NCBI GenBank assembly: GCA_964016885.1
Contig: OZ024740.1
Coordinates: 314,588,001-314,652,000 of the forward strand
Origin: Eledone cirrhosa
Taxonomy: Eukaryota
Direction of reading: 5' to 3'
Length of the DNA stretch: 64,000 nucleotides
The translations under genes and the position numbers were made by a program. Positions 1-11,594 of this stretch are shown in pieces (the stretch's first letter is position 1; every line of letters begins with the position of its first letter). The notes below the pieces were generated by a model. That model worked only from the letters and a program-made list of their open reading frames with translations, did not search any database and had not been told where the DNA came from.

Positions 1-128
1 CTATATGTTAATATGATGCCCCAACAACTCCCGCAGGAGTTACAGGAACATGCATGTATGCATGAATTACACTGAATGGTGCTAACAAAATTAAAAACTA
101 CAATGTATCTGTTACATCAAAAGGATAT

Positions 129-199
129 GGAATTGGTTTGTCATTGTCTTCTAACAGAAGCAATTCATCAAGGGCATCTTCTAAATTTTGTAAAAGTTT
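129..199 (-). CDS. PFDN4: Prefoldin subunit 4, exon 3 (gene continues beyond left edge)
   Basis: ttgtttttcag acceptor (AG at 201-200); encodes KLLQNLEDALDELLLLEDNDKPI(P), matching the PFDN4 family KQLQNLEDA..D..L....IPY; ends phase 2 at ATATCCTTTT, a U12-type donor. Confidence 0.92.
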
Positions 200-251
200 C
201 TGAAAAACAAGAAAAGTAAGAATAAGATTTCCAATGTAAAGTGATATTAGA

Positions 252-461
252 TTAAACCTTTAGCATTTAAACCTCCGGCCAGAATTCCCTCCCCTCTTTC
301 TGTTTAAACCGGCTATAACTAGCTGCTCATACTGATGTTAAGGTATGGTTCTCAAAATAAATAATATCACCATATTGTAGATTCAATACTATGTGATATA
401 AAGCCTTTACCATGAAAATACAATAGTATATATAGAGTAATGTAAATGCTAAAGGGCTTAA
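252..461 (+). mobile_element. piggyBac-type MITE family A (about 210-230 bp)
   Basis: TTAA-flanked CCCTTTAGCATTTA terminal inverted repeats; 8 full copies in the window. Confidence 0.85.
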
Positions 462-699
462 TATTTAGAGCTAAATTCAGCACTAAAGTTGATTGAAATA
501 ATAAAAAAAAAGTACTCTGGCAAACATAGTTCACTTAATCCTTTTGTAATTATATTTCTAGCAGGTAAACTGTTTCAGTGTTTCAATTAAGTTTCATGTG
601 GTTTAGTAAAATATTTATAACTTTATATAGGTCTGCTTAATCAGGGTTGACCTGGAGCTAATTAACAACAGCAACAACTACCATATAAAATTATAAATA

Positions 700-777
700 C
701 TAGCAGAAAAACCACCTTTCGGGCGGTTTTCTGCCAGCATATGTAGTGTGCATATTGGCATTATACGCAAATATATA
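700..777 (-). mobile_element. Helitron 3' end fragment (same family as 2462-3493)
   Basis: Subterminal hairpin gcagaaaaccgccc...ggtggtttttctg followed by CTAG|T; near-identical to 2462-2545. Confidence 0.7.
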
Positions 778-1000
778 CTCAGCTGTAGAAATGAGATGAT
801 AGGGACTGGGGTCCATATCATTCCACTGCAAAGTGGTTGTGGAGGTGCCACAGCAAAAAAAAGCACCCAGCACTCACTGTAAATGAGGTTGGTGTTAGGA
901 AGGGCATCCAGTTGTAGAAATCAAGCCAGAACCAGTTCCCGTCTCACCCTTGCAAGCAGGGAAAAAACGGACGTAAAATGAAATGATGATGATGATGATA
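777..1000 (+). mobile_element. 5'-truncated SINE with RTE-derived tail (same family as 51864-52200)
   Basis: GGAAGGGCATCCAG core, then cccgtctcacccttgcaagcaggg...ggacgtaaaat(gat)n. Confidence 0.8.
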
Positions 1001-1034
1001 GATATATGTAAATTGAAAAGTAAATTGACAATAT

Positions 1035-1680
1035 CTTCTTCACCCACATTTCTGAGAGGGTCGTGGGGGCAGAGTCCTTCTCAAACACTCCTTCCAGTGA
1101 GTCTGTCAGTAGCAAACATCTCTAAGTGATCCAGCTGGATCCCAAAGCGTGACCAGCCAAACTCATGGATGTTATCCAACTATCTTGCTCAGGGTCTACC
1201 TCTGGGTCTCTTGCCGGTTGGTTTTGTAAAATGTGTCCAGTGATTCTTTACTGAGACATTCTAAACACATGCTCATAATATTGGAGTTGTGATCTCTCAA
1301 TTCGGAGAAGTAGCGGCTCTACCAGGAGTGACTCTCTGGTCTCTGAGTTATGCACTTTATCGAGTAACGGTACTCCAAAGACCCTTCGGAGGAATCCCAT
1401 TTCTGCCACTTTTATTTGCAATTGTATTCTTTTGGTCATTACTCAAGATTCATGATCCTCGGTAAGAGTTGGCAGGAATACCAGGAAGACAGCGAGTTTG
1501 GCTTTTACACCTACCCCCCTTCATCTGATTGCTGAATACTGAGGCTGGCGCTTTACTGCATCAGCTTTTGCAATTCTTGCACTTGATTCAGCCTCCTGCA
1601 TTCCATCACTCATGAACACGACTCCAAGATACTTGAACTTCTCTAACTGCTTCAGTAGAACTCCATTCACATGTATATAA
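1035..1680 (-). mobile_element. Degenerate RTE-clade LINE 3' fragment (Expander/Rex3-like)
   Basis: FKYLGVVF.SDG...AEMGFLRRV.G..LLDKV.NSE.RE.L.VEPLLLRIERSQL; related copies at about 15520-16102, 16755-16910 and 57760-57860. Confidence 0.8.
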
Positions 1681-1867
1681 ATTTGAGGGGCTTCTGTCCA
1701 CCCGTCCATCACGCAATGTGTGTTTGTGTGACTGTTTGTGTGTAAAAGGAAGGAAAGGGATACACACATATATGTCTAACTTAAAAACAGTGACACACGT
1801 GTCTCTAATTTAAGAACGCCGACAAATTCACGTGCGTGCACATACACACACTGTCCTATTACCACCC

Positions 1868-2283
1868 AAGAGCTTTGGCCCGGGCAAACATCCCCTCAAT
1901 TTTGGAACCGTCTGGGTTGTCCTGAATTGATAGGAAAAGACTTGACGGTCTTACTCTGCTGGGACGTCACAGTTAATGACTCTTTTGCTACTTCCCACAT
2001 TCTCAATGCAGCGGTAAGAGCGAGAGCTACAGCATCCGCAGCTGAACAGAACAAAATCCTAAAATACCGTGTTCTGTCAGCTAACTACATTATCCAGCCT
2101 GTGGCGTTTGAGACTTTTGGGGGAATTGGGCTACTGACAGCGAGGTTCTTATCTTCACTGGCGGCTCGCCAAACAGAGGTAACTGGTGATGCTCGTGAGG
2201 GGACTTGGTTGTTCCAGCACCTCAGCCTCGCCATTACCCCAGGTAACACTGCGAGCGTGCTGGCTTGCCTAAAAAATTATTAG
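1868..2283 (+). mobile_element. CRE-like non-LTR retrotransposon 3' fragment (restriction-like endonuclease region)
   Basis: WDVTV.D.FA.SH...AEQNK..KY..L...Y..QPVAFET.G...TGD.REG..LFQ.LSLAI..GN.ASVL, typical of the CRE-clade C-terminus. Confidence 0.75.
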
Positions 2284-2461
2284 AGGTTTCGCAGTGCCCC
2301 TCGCTATATTGCTATCTTTTGTTCTAGTAGCACCTCTTTTTTCCACTCTTTCTCATGCATATTGTTCTGTGACCTAAGATGTGTGTATTACCTGCTTGTG
2401 TATTTTTCCTTTGTATATATTATATTTGTTAGTGTTTTCGTTCTGTAACCATTATATTAAA

Positions 2462-3493
2462 CTAGCAGAAAAACCACCCTACGGGCGGTTTTCTGCTAGC
2501 ATGTGTGGTGTGTATATTGATATTATACGCAAGTATATATGTATGTAGATATGATACATCAAATAAAATCGTAATTGTCAATATAAACAGAAATTGAACA
2601 AAGCCTATGTTACACTGTCTTCTGTAATCAGTAACGTAATCCATGATACATTAAAAAAAGACGATATTATATATAAACTGCATTAGGAGAAAATTAGTGA
2701 CAGAAAATTAGAATGTTTATTTAAGTGATCGCCACCGGAAGTGTTGACATCACACACTCTCTCTTTCTATATATATGGTAGTTGAAGTGGTGGTGGTGGC
2801 GGCAACGATATACCGGAAGTGAAACTTTGAAAAGAAGTCAATTTCAAAATATTTATTTTTACGAAATTTAGTAGATAAATTATGTAATATTCATTCATTA
2901 TTTATTCAAAGTAATCCAATTTATTTTACTAACGGGATTAAAAGAAATAAACCGTACGCAGTCCTGCAGACCTTCCTTTATTATAGTTTAGATGAGTTTA
3001 AAAAAAAAAGAGTTAATAAATAAATAAAACGTTATACTTGTTTTACCCTCCCATTTCCAATTCACCGAACGCTATCATGACTGTATGTGTAAATGTATAT
3101 GTGTAAAAGTATGTGTGAATGTATGTGTATTTGTGTGAATTATGTCCGTGAGCGTGTATTTTTATAAGTTTGCATAATTATAGTTATATACTCATGTGCA
3201 CACTCATACGCGTCAGCATGTAGAAAGTCATAATCTCTCTATCTCTCTCATCACACACTCTCTCTTTATATATATATATGGTAGATGATGTGGTGGTGGT
3301 GGCGACGATATACCGGAAGTGCAACTTTCAAAATAAGTCAATTTTAAATTATTTATGTTTACGAAATTTAGTAGATAAATTATGTAATATTCATTCATTA
3401 TTTTATTCAAAGTAATCCAACTTATTTTACTAACTGGATTAAAAGAAATAAACCGTACGCAGTCCTGCAGACCTTACTTTATTATAGTTTAGA
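2462..3493 (-). mobile_element. Non-autonomous Helitron with duplicated 5' end
   Basis: A|TCTAAACTATAATAAAG 5' termini at 3493 and 2992; hairpin plus CTAG|T 3' terminus at 2462; about 240-bp direct repeat (2750-2992 vs 3250-3493). Confidence 0.75.
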
Positions 3494-3571
3494 TTTTACT
3501 AAACCACTTGAAACTTAATTGAAACACTAAAGCAGTCTACGTGTTAGAAATATAATTCTATCCTATTGGCA

Positions 3572-4056
3572 TTCGTCGGTCACAAAAGACCATGGACCTA
3601 TACTTGGAGAATATTGTGTGAGTTGTTGATGGCAGTGCAGTGACTGCTGTGACTGTACAGAATCAGACAGGAGTGGTAGTCTTGTATACAGCGACTGCAT
3701 GCTCTCCTACAGTGCTACTGTATTGTCCTTTCTTGAAGCGTGCTTTTCTTTGGTGGCAAGTTTCAGTTTCTCTTCCCCTCGTGTCGTACTCATCTCTGGA
3801 TGTCCAGCTCTATTGACTACATATCTCTACTGCAGACATCTTTGAAATGAAAATGAGGTCATTCTTGTGCTCTTGTGGCGGTAGCCAGTTCCCCATACAG
3901 TAGATTTTTTGGGGGATCGCCCCACCTGGCATACGATGTACATAACCTAGCCAGCACAGTTGAAGACATCAGTGTTGGTGACCCGGTCAGTCCAATTGAT
4001 ATCCAAAATGTGTCTCTAGCAACGAAAGTGGAAGGCATTGAACTATGCTTGCCATA
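3572..4056 (-). mobile_element. Degenerate RTE (BovB-like) LINE 3' fragment
   Basis: Minus-strand remnants of a LRWLGHV.RM...R.PK..LYGEL-type C-terminus, with stops and frameshifts. Confidence 0.6.
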
Positions 4057-6589
4057 GTACTATTTTTTACTTGTCAATCAACAATAGTGCTGACTTTAAC
4101 TCTAAATATATTCAATTTATTCAAAGCTTTTCACTAACTGACACTAGATAGTCTGTCTAGTTATGTTTCTAGCTCTTATTTTTAATTACTTTACTCATTC
4201 ACATTTTCTTTGAATGACTGGATATTCAATTAGGTAAAGGAGGAAAAGTAATTTTGATTTATACTATTACTAGACTACAAAACTATACCACTTTAGTTGT
4301 CCTTCTTTATGGTCATTTCTTTTATCAATCTTAGAACTTATGTCATTATCAGACATTTGATCCTAGGCCTAATTGACAGCTAGTTAATTTCTCTAGTGAG
4401 CTTTTGCAGCATATTTTCACACATTTTCAGCATTCTTTTTAAAATTGTTGTTATTTTTCTCACAAACAACATCAAGTATTTTCAATTATCAGTTAATTTT
4501 AGTTCAGACTATTGTCCAGTATATCATGTTATGTAGCAGATAATTGTCAGGATAGAGACAATGTACAGTTTGTGAACAAGCACAAGGCTCTCCTTATTTT
4601 GAATAGATGTGCTAATGTGCACTTTCCATTTGAAATTTTTTGTCCTTATATCAGGCCTATCAACTCTCCCAGTCCGACGGGAGATCTCCCACCTACTTTG
4701 GGTGAGCTATTTTCTCTTGTGAAAATGGGTATAGCTTTCATTATGTAAAATCTCCCCATTTTGGGGCATTTTTTTTCATGGTACTCCTTGTTTAGGTTTT
4801 TAGAGATTGGCAAATCTGTTATATGGCTAGGGCATATATGAAAATTAGACAATTCTTTGATTTCCAATTGTTAACTGTTTCAATAAAGCTTTCAGTAAGA
4901 AACTTAATAGTTTTATTGTCTAATCAGTTTAGGAATAATGAGATGAATATTTTTATGAAGTAACAAAGGCATGAAAGATTTTATTTTTGTTATTCCATGA
5001 TAACTGGAAAATGGAAGGTTACTCTCTTTACTGAGTGATCAAATATACTCTTCTAAGCAGACTGTCATATGATCTGAAATTAATTTTTCTTTATGCTGCT
5101 TTTAAAAGTTAATTAAATTAAGATGAGACACAATTGTAATCACGTGAAGATATTGGACTACTAACCACATAGTCAAAAGATTGACCCCGAATATAAGCCA
5201 ACTCGCCTTATACCATTGATTTTTTGGTCACATATTCATCGGCTTATATTTAAGTACATATGATAAAACCAAATTTCATTAGCTCAGATTTGCCTGATTT
5301 AACAATTATTATGTTCCACTTACCTTTTATGGTTGAGTGGTTTACCTGAAGGGTGTACTTTTTCTTATTTGAATATAATCAGAATAATTAACCTCATTAT
5401 TGTTTAACATCTGAGTTTCTACACTGACAAGTGTTGGGCAGGTCTGTATTATTGTTTTTACAGTTATGTGCCAAAATCTTACCTCACCACATCTTCCTAA
5501 ATCTTTCTTTGCTATGGGTACATTCCATTGTCAACACACATCACTTATTGTCATTCATATTATAAGTCTATATAAGTGCAGTCACCTCCTTTTCCTGTAA
5601 TGCCCAGTTGCTTTCACAGTTCACTTGTGATCTGCATTTTACATCTGTTTTCTGTCTGAGACTAGATGGGTCGACAACCGTCTTGCTTATGCATTCGTTT
5701 TTTGGCAAGATTTCTACAGACTCATTGGAATATACTAATTTCAAATTCAATACCCATATGTCATCATGTACTATCACACATCTTACACATGCTTCATACA
5801 GTCTCTCTCTCTCTTTAAGAAAGAGAGAAACCCTTTGTTGCCAAAACCAAAATATTTATCGCCGCCGCTACTATTACTACTCCAACAACAATAACAATAC
5901 AATTGACAAAACATTAATTGAGTTTCATATGGATTTAGATGTTTTATTCTAGAAAATGCCTGATAAAAGGAATGACAAATTATGAAGTAATCATAAGTGA
6001 CTATTACTTATATAACATCTTTTAGGTTCAAAACTGCTGGCTACATATTTCAACCAAATTCTTTTTAAAGGGAAGGTGTAAACAAGGGATATAAGAAAAG
6101 AAATTTAGCTGGAGATATTTTCAAATGATGTTACTATAAAATTATGTTCAGATACCTTAGAGACAGTCGATCGACAAGATCCCAAACCTCATTTGCTTAA
6201 CGAGTGAAGTGGAGTGGAGCTCATCAAATTGAACTGAGGAAACAATATTTCCATTGGTCTTTCCAATTGCTAATACTATCTGTTGGTTGCAAATCCAAGC
6301 AGGAGCAATGTGAAATAGTGTTTTGCTCAAGGACATAACATACTGCCCGGTCTAGGAAACGAAATCACAACCTCACGATTGCAAATCCAATTCTCTAGCC
6401 ATTCAGCCTTCAGCCATGCACATTCAGGTACCTTAAAATGGTTGAAATTCTTTATTACTAGAAAAGTAAAGAATTCTGAGAAGTCAATAATATAGTGAAG
6501 CTGTTGGAAGAAACACAATGTCATTTGTTACACTAATTAGACTGCCAATCATGATATAGCACCTATTATATTTGAGGTGCAGTAAAAAA

Positions 6590-6905
6590 AAGGGTAAAGA
6601 CTCCCTTCGGTCATGAATGACCATGGGATTTGCACCTAGAAAGTTCCCTTCAAAGGCACAAGTCCGAGCAAGGTTGTTTGTGGAAGACCAGCAGTCACCC
6701 ATGCCACTGATGTTGTCCAAGGGGAAGGCAATGGCCGATACAGCTTGGCACCATTGACATCACAACTCATTTCTACAGCTGAGTGAACTGGAGCAATGTG
6801 AAAGGAAGTATCTTGCTCAAGAACACAACACAAAGCCCGGACCGAGAATCGAACTTACAACCTCATGATTGTAAGCCTGATGCTCTAACCACTAAGCCAT
6901 GCATG
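6590..6905 (-). mobile_element. tRNA-derived SINE with CORE-like body, tail type 1
   Basis: Head atggcttagtggttagagcatcagg...gtaagttcgattctcgg (A/B boxes); tgtgttcttgagcaagatactt core; distinct 3' tail. Confidence 0.8.
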
Positions 6906-7011
6906 AGGTGCAGTAGCTGAATACTATATTATTGTGTTCTCTAATTTTACAGTTTTAAATTCCAATAATGCACCAAATGATAACAAAAAAAAAAAAAAAA
7001 AATTTCTTTAC

Positions 7012-7116
7012 CTTTTCTAAAGTAACTTCATCTTTCAGATCTTGAAGTTTAGCATTGTGCCGAGCAAATTTGTTGATCTTCTGCTGGTCTTCAAAAGTGA
7101 CATGCACATCACTCTC
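7012..7116 (-). CDS. PFDN4: Prefoldin subunit 4, exon 2
   Basis: tttcag acceptor and GTAAAG donor; 105 nt, phase 0/0; ESDVHVTFEDQQKINKFARHNAKLQDLKDEVTLEK contains the PFDN4 signature VTFEDQQKINKFAR. Confidence 0.97.
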
Positions 7117-8454
7117 CTGAAACAATAGAACATATTTCTTACAATCTGTTTTGCTATGTTGGTATGGGTCAGATGAGCCTTTTTGAGGCAGAATTCTACA
7201 GCTAGATGTCCTTCCTGATGTTAACTTTTGTTTTGTTTTTTTAAATTAAGTTACATGTTCCACTGAACTTCTCACAATGAACCACTGAGTTGCAGGACTT
7301 AAATAAATGCCACTGGCTATGCAAGCAGTGTCACTACGTAGACACAGATTTACATACGATAGGCTTTTGTACAGTTTCTGCCTATCAATTTTACTCACAA
7401 AGTATCATCAAGTCTTAGATTTATAGAAGATGATACTAGCACAATGTGCTATACAGGGATTGAATCTGAAACTCATTAACTACACAGTCATGTCTGCATC
7501 CATAAATAGTATCTAACCTTATATAACCTCATTTTAATATGGAGATTTATTACTTACTGCTAAACAGCTTTACATAATGAACATATTATACTACATGTAC
7601 AGGTTTCTGTATGAAGACATTTCTAAACTTCACCATCAGTTGTGGGTCTCAGAAAATTAAATGTCTACTCATAATTATGTCTGGATTAAGAGAAGAGCTA
7701 GGCCATCAGTTGCTGGAAAATATTATTGAAAAATATTATTTTTGGAGGTCACATGTTGTTGAGTTTCAGAAGTTCTATCTAGTTTTTATGTCTAGCTGTT
7801 TACTCTGGAGCATAAGGAATCATGTAACACTTTTATATATAAAACTTGCATGGCTAAATAATTGATATTTGCTCATAACAAAACAAAGTTGATTGTCTCA
7901 CTAGATTCAAACTATATACTAGGTTATTATACACCACCTAATAAATGCTGAATAATTAAAATTTGCACATTAACCAAGCAAACATTCTGCTTGTCTTTGC
8001 TGCAGTTAATTGACAGCCTGCAATCATATATGAACACACAAGACAGCAAAACAGAAGAAACAAAGAAGATTTCACTGATAATTCTATCAGGCTGAGTAAC
8101 TGCATAGATTCTCTCCCAATCACTGAGACACATCTACAACTTGGAACACTACTATGGCACCATGCCTAGAATTATATCCCCCACCCCACTAAGTTGAGAT
8201 AAAAATTCAACAGCGGCAAAATATAACCCTGTACGTATGGAAATATAGCTACTGATGGACTTGGTGTAGACATTTTTTAAAACCTGGTTGAGCCCATCCC
8301 CTTTCCATGTCTGAACAATGCCAATTACTGCCTTAGTGATAGCGAAGTGAGAAAGAGATACAGAGGAAGAAAATATTCAAGAGTATTCAGCTTCCTAAAC
8401 AGACATATGGTAGAATCTCACATATGTAATAGAGTAAGTTGAAAAACTTTGATG

Positions 8455-8697
8455 ATTAACTGAGACTATCTGTGCAATGATTATACAAAAATTCCCTTTA
8501 GAGGATTTTTAAAATTTATAAAATAAACAAGGGAAATAACTCCACCAACAATTGGGGTGGAGGAGCGGAATAAAAATGCAGCAGTATGTCGCATCACCCC
8601 CCCCAACCTTGCTCAATGGAGTTATCTCCCATGCTTGTTTGTCTTTAAAAAAAATACCCTTAAAAGGACGTTTTCTCTGCTAATTGCACGTTAATCG
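8455..8697. mobile_element. Palindromic MITE
   Basis: Imperfect fold-back: gggaaataactcca / tggagttatctccc plus flanking inverted arms. Confidence 0.55.
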
Positions 8698-9097
8698 AAG
8701 TTTATAAACCCACTATATTATATATGCAACACCCTACATTATCATATTGGCCACTCCACCCATCAGGTTTAACAGATTTCTGGATACTTAGATACATAAT
8801 TTATTTTCTTAGAATTTACGGTGAAAATATAAATGTATCACGTAATCGTAATCTCTCCATATTAATGTATTCCAACTTACTGTGATTAATAAAGAGCTAG
8901 TCAACTGATTTCGCGTAGTATCGATTCATGGAACATGTTTTATAAAGTGTAATGAAATTCTGTAATTTTTGCAGAATTAAAGAATTAAATCAAAACTGAA
9001 CCATACTGAATTCTGTTAGTGTATCAGTTTGCTTGACATTACTTAAAACCATTCTTTGAGAAATTGGCAAGTCACATATATTATTGGGAAATCTTTG

Positions 9098-9293
9098 ACA
9101 ATAGATCTCAAAATAAAACGAAAATATTTTGTTGTCCGATTTACCGGATTTATTGCGTATATACAGATTAGGGTTAGAATGAGGGTACATTTGTTAGCGT
9201 TTCAACATTGGCCCATGTGTATATGGAGCTTGCAAAATGATTCTAATGAATGTGAGGAAAGATTTTCATTTTCTTATTTCGAGATCTATTGTC
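9098..9293. mobile_element. MITE with about 35-bp terminal inverted repeats in PFDN4 intron 1
   Basis: gacaatagatctcaaaataaaacgaaaat vs attttcattttcttatttcgagatctattgtc. Confidence 0.6.
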
Positions 9294-9571
9294 GATGAAA
9301 CCAGATTATTGGAAAAGAGTTTTGAAATTTCTGCCTTCCTCGTGTAGATTGTTGTAGAACGAAGCGAAACTGCTTTACATGTGTATGAAAACACACACAA
9401 ACTAATGTACTTGTCAAGAGTGAGATGGTAGTGATCATTAAAATCAAAGGCAAATTCGGGATTTTTTTTGTAATGACATCTATACAATTACTGATTCAAA
9501 TAAAATAAAAAGAAATACATAGTTCTTAAAAACAGAATATCGAAGAAGATTAAATTATGTTTGAGTCTCAC

Positions 9572-9595
9572 CGCATTTTTCATTGTCGCAGCCAT
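9572..9595 (-). CDS. PFDN4: Prefoldin subunit 4, exon 1
   Basis: aagATGGCTGCGACAATGAAAAATGCG|GTGAGA = MAATMKNA, like the vertebrate PFDN4 N-terminus MAATMKK; phase 0 joins exon 2. Confidence 0.93.
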
Positions 9596-9793
9596 CTTAA
9601 AAAGTTACTGCTTTACAAAAGGGAGTGAATAAGAGAAAAATAATGTTTTATTAAAAATACCTAAATTATACTTTCACTATCTCTAATAATTTAAGAATAA
9701 TACAATAATAATTATTTCTGAAAAATTATTTCTTTTTAGATAATTTTTGAATAATCACCGAAACAAAAATATTTCTTCTGTTTCGGTCCTGTT
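9596..9793. promoter_or_regulatory. Putative compact bidirectional promoter / 5' UTRs between PFDN4 and TMX3
   Basis: Divergent start codons at 9595 (-) and 9794/9812 (+); no recognisable transposon in the interval. Confidence 0.7.
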
Positions 9794-9845
9794 ATGTTTA
9801 TAGTGTTGAAGATGGTGCTTGCTGCTCTTCTATCGGTGTTAAGCG
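9794..9845 (+). CDS. TMX3: TMX3-like protein disulfide isomerase, exon 1 (signal peptide; alternative ATG at 9812 in aagATGg context)
   Basis: MFIVLKMVLAALLSVLS hydrophobic leader; G|GTGAG donor, phase 1. Confidence 0.85.
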
Positions 9846-9939
9846 GTGAGTTAAATATTTTATATCTTCTATTTTTATTGATAAAACACTTGACATTTCT
9901 TTTGCAGTTAGAAACATTAAAACTATTTTTTTATTGCAG

Positions 9940-9985
9940 TGTTGTTTGGTTGTGCCATAGCTCAAGTTACTGAGTTAGACGACAA
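9940..9985 (+). CDS. TMX3: TMX3 exon 2
   Basis: ttattgcag acceptor and GTAAG donor; (V)LFGCAIAQVTELDD(K); phases 1/2 consistent. Confidence 0.9.
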
Positions 9986-11594
9986 GTAAGTTGTTTGATG
10001 TACTTCTTTAGATCTGTGTTCGATGGGAAAGGCAGATCATCCAGTTACTTAGTGTCATTTGTTCAGTCTGTCACTTCTCGTCTTCTTACTGTCAAATATA
10101 ATCAATAAATACTATAACGATTTCATGTTATCTATTACACTATGAAATAGGATCCGTGAATTACATTCAAATGCATATATATATATTTGTATATATATAT
10201 TTGTATATATGTAATTTATATACACCTTTTTTTCCCCGTCCACTCCAGTTGGTAGTGTTACAACGTGTTGGAGTATTTCCAACATTTGAAGCGGGTGATG
10301 TTCTGCTAATTGTAATATATTAGTATTTTTTTCTAGTAAAGCATTAGTAATTAATTGTTCAATAATTAATTAAATACACACTGGCACACATGCATTCATA
10401 CTACTTGCTACAACTACCTGTAATGCAATCTTCTTGAATAGCTTTTATATATATATGTTTTGTTTGATAATCTTTAGTTAAGAAATAATTAATAAATGCA
10501 CTAAAAATAAAGCAAACTGCACTTCTCTCTCTTTTCTTTCAACAAAATACTATAGGGAAATAATAATAATATTATTAGTAAATCCCACTTATATTTTGTT
10601 TAATTTCCAAATACGGAAACTGTCTGTTTTCAAATAAATCGTGCGAAGCTATGAAACATTGATTTCTAACTTACGGACGAGCTCGCAAATTTTTGGGTCG
10701 GAAAGAGTTGATTAAATCACCCCACTTCTTTCCCGACCGGCCAGTACTTAGGGTTGACAGTTGTTTCTAGATGCAGTATAAAAGCAAGCATCAGCAATCT
10801 ATGGAACGAGATGGCAATCTATATAACGTGTTCGATGAGCTACTGAAAAGCCTTGCGGTCAACTCTATTGTAGATGTTTATGAACTAAAATCCGGAATCC
10901 GAGAAAGTGGTTATAGCCTGCTTTAGCAACAATTAGTGGAGAGTTCATTGAAAAGTGTAGTGTCTAACGTTTCAGGTCTTGTACCTCGACAGAAAGTGAG
11001 GAAAGGGAGAAAAAAGTGCTATTCATAAATTCATTATATGCATCTTTGTTCACATGCCTTCTGCTTTAGACTGATCAACATCATACTCAAAACATATCCC
11101 CAGAAAACGCCATGTAATTATAAATACCTTATATTCTCTTGTATAAGTCACACCCATTTTACACAATATTTACAATGTTTCATATAATTTTAATTGAAGT
11201 TCTGTAGGTCCTTTAGATAAATTGCATCCTGGTTTTTCACCTAAAAAAATCGGGGGAAAAATGTGGTTTATACACTACTAATATACATGATATATTCTCA
11301 TTTTAATTAACTCTTTTGAGGCACCACTTAAGGACAAATTACTGTATTTTTAAATCAAGAGGCGTGCAGAATTCCGTCATGGTCATGAAATATCTGCAAT
11401 CAAGTTGAACGCAAGACTTCAGCAGGTTATCCACCACTTTATATACATTACCATTTTGCTCAGCCAAATGTGAAATGTAGGCTCCCATTTAAACTTCTTA
11501 TTATTTTAGTATCCTGTACTAAATACACATGATTTATGTATAGGTTACTGGTATATACATATGTATGTAGTGTACAGGATGTATTTACAAGTAA

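Noticed and set aside
4512-4867. Overlapping short ORFs in PFDN4 intron 2
   Set aside because: No recognisable domain or splice context; possibly TE debris but cannot be assigned
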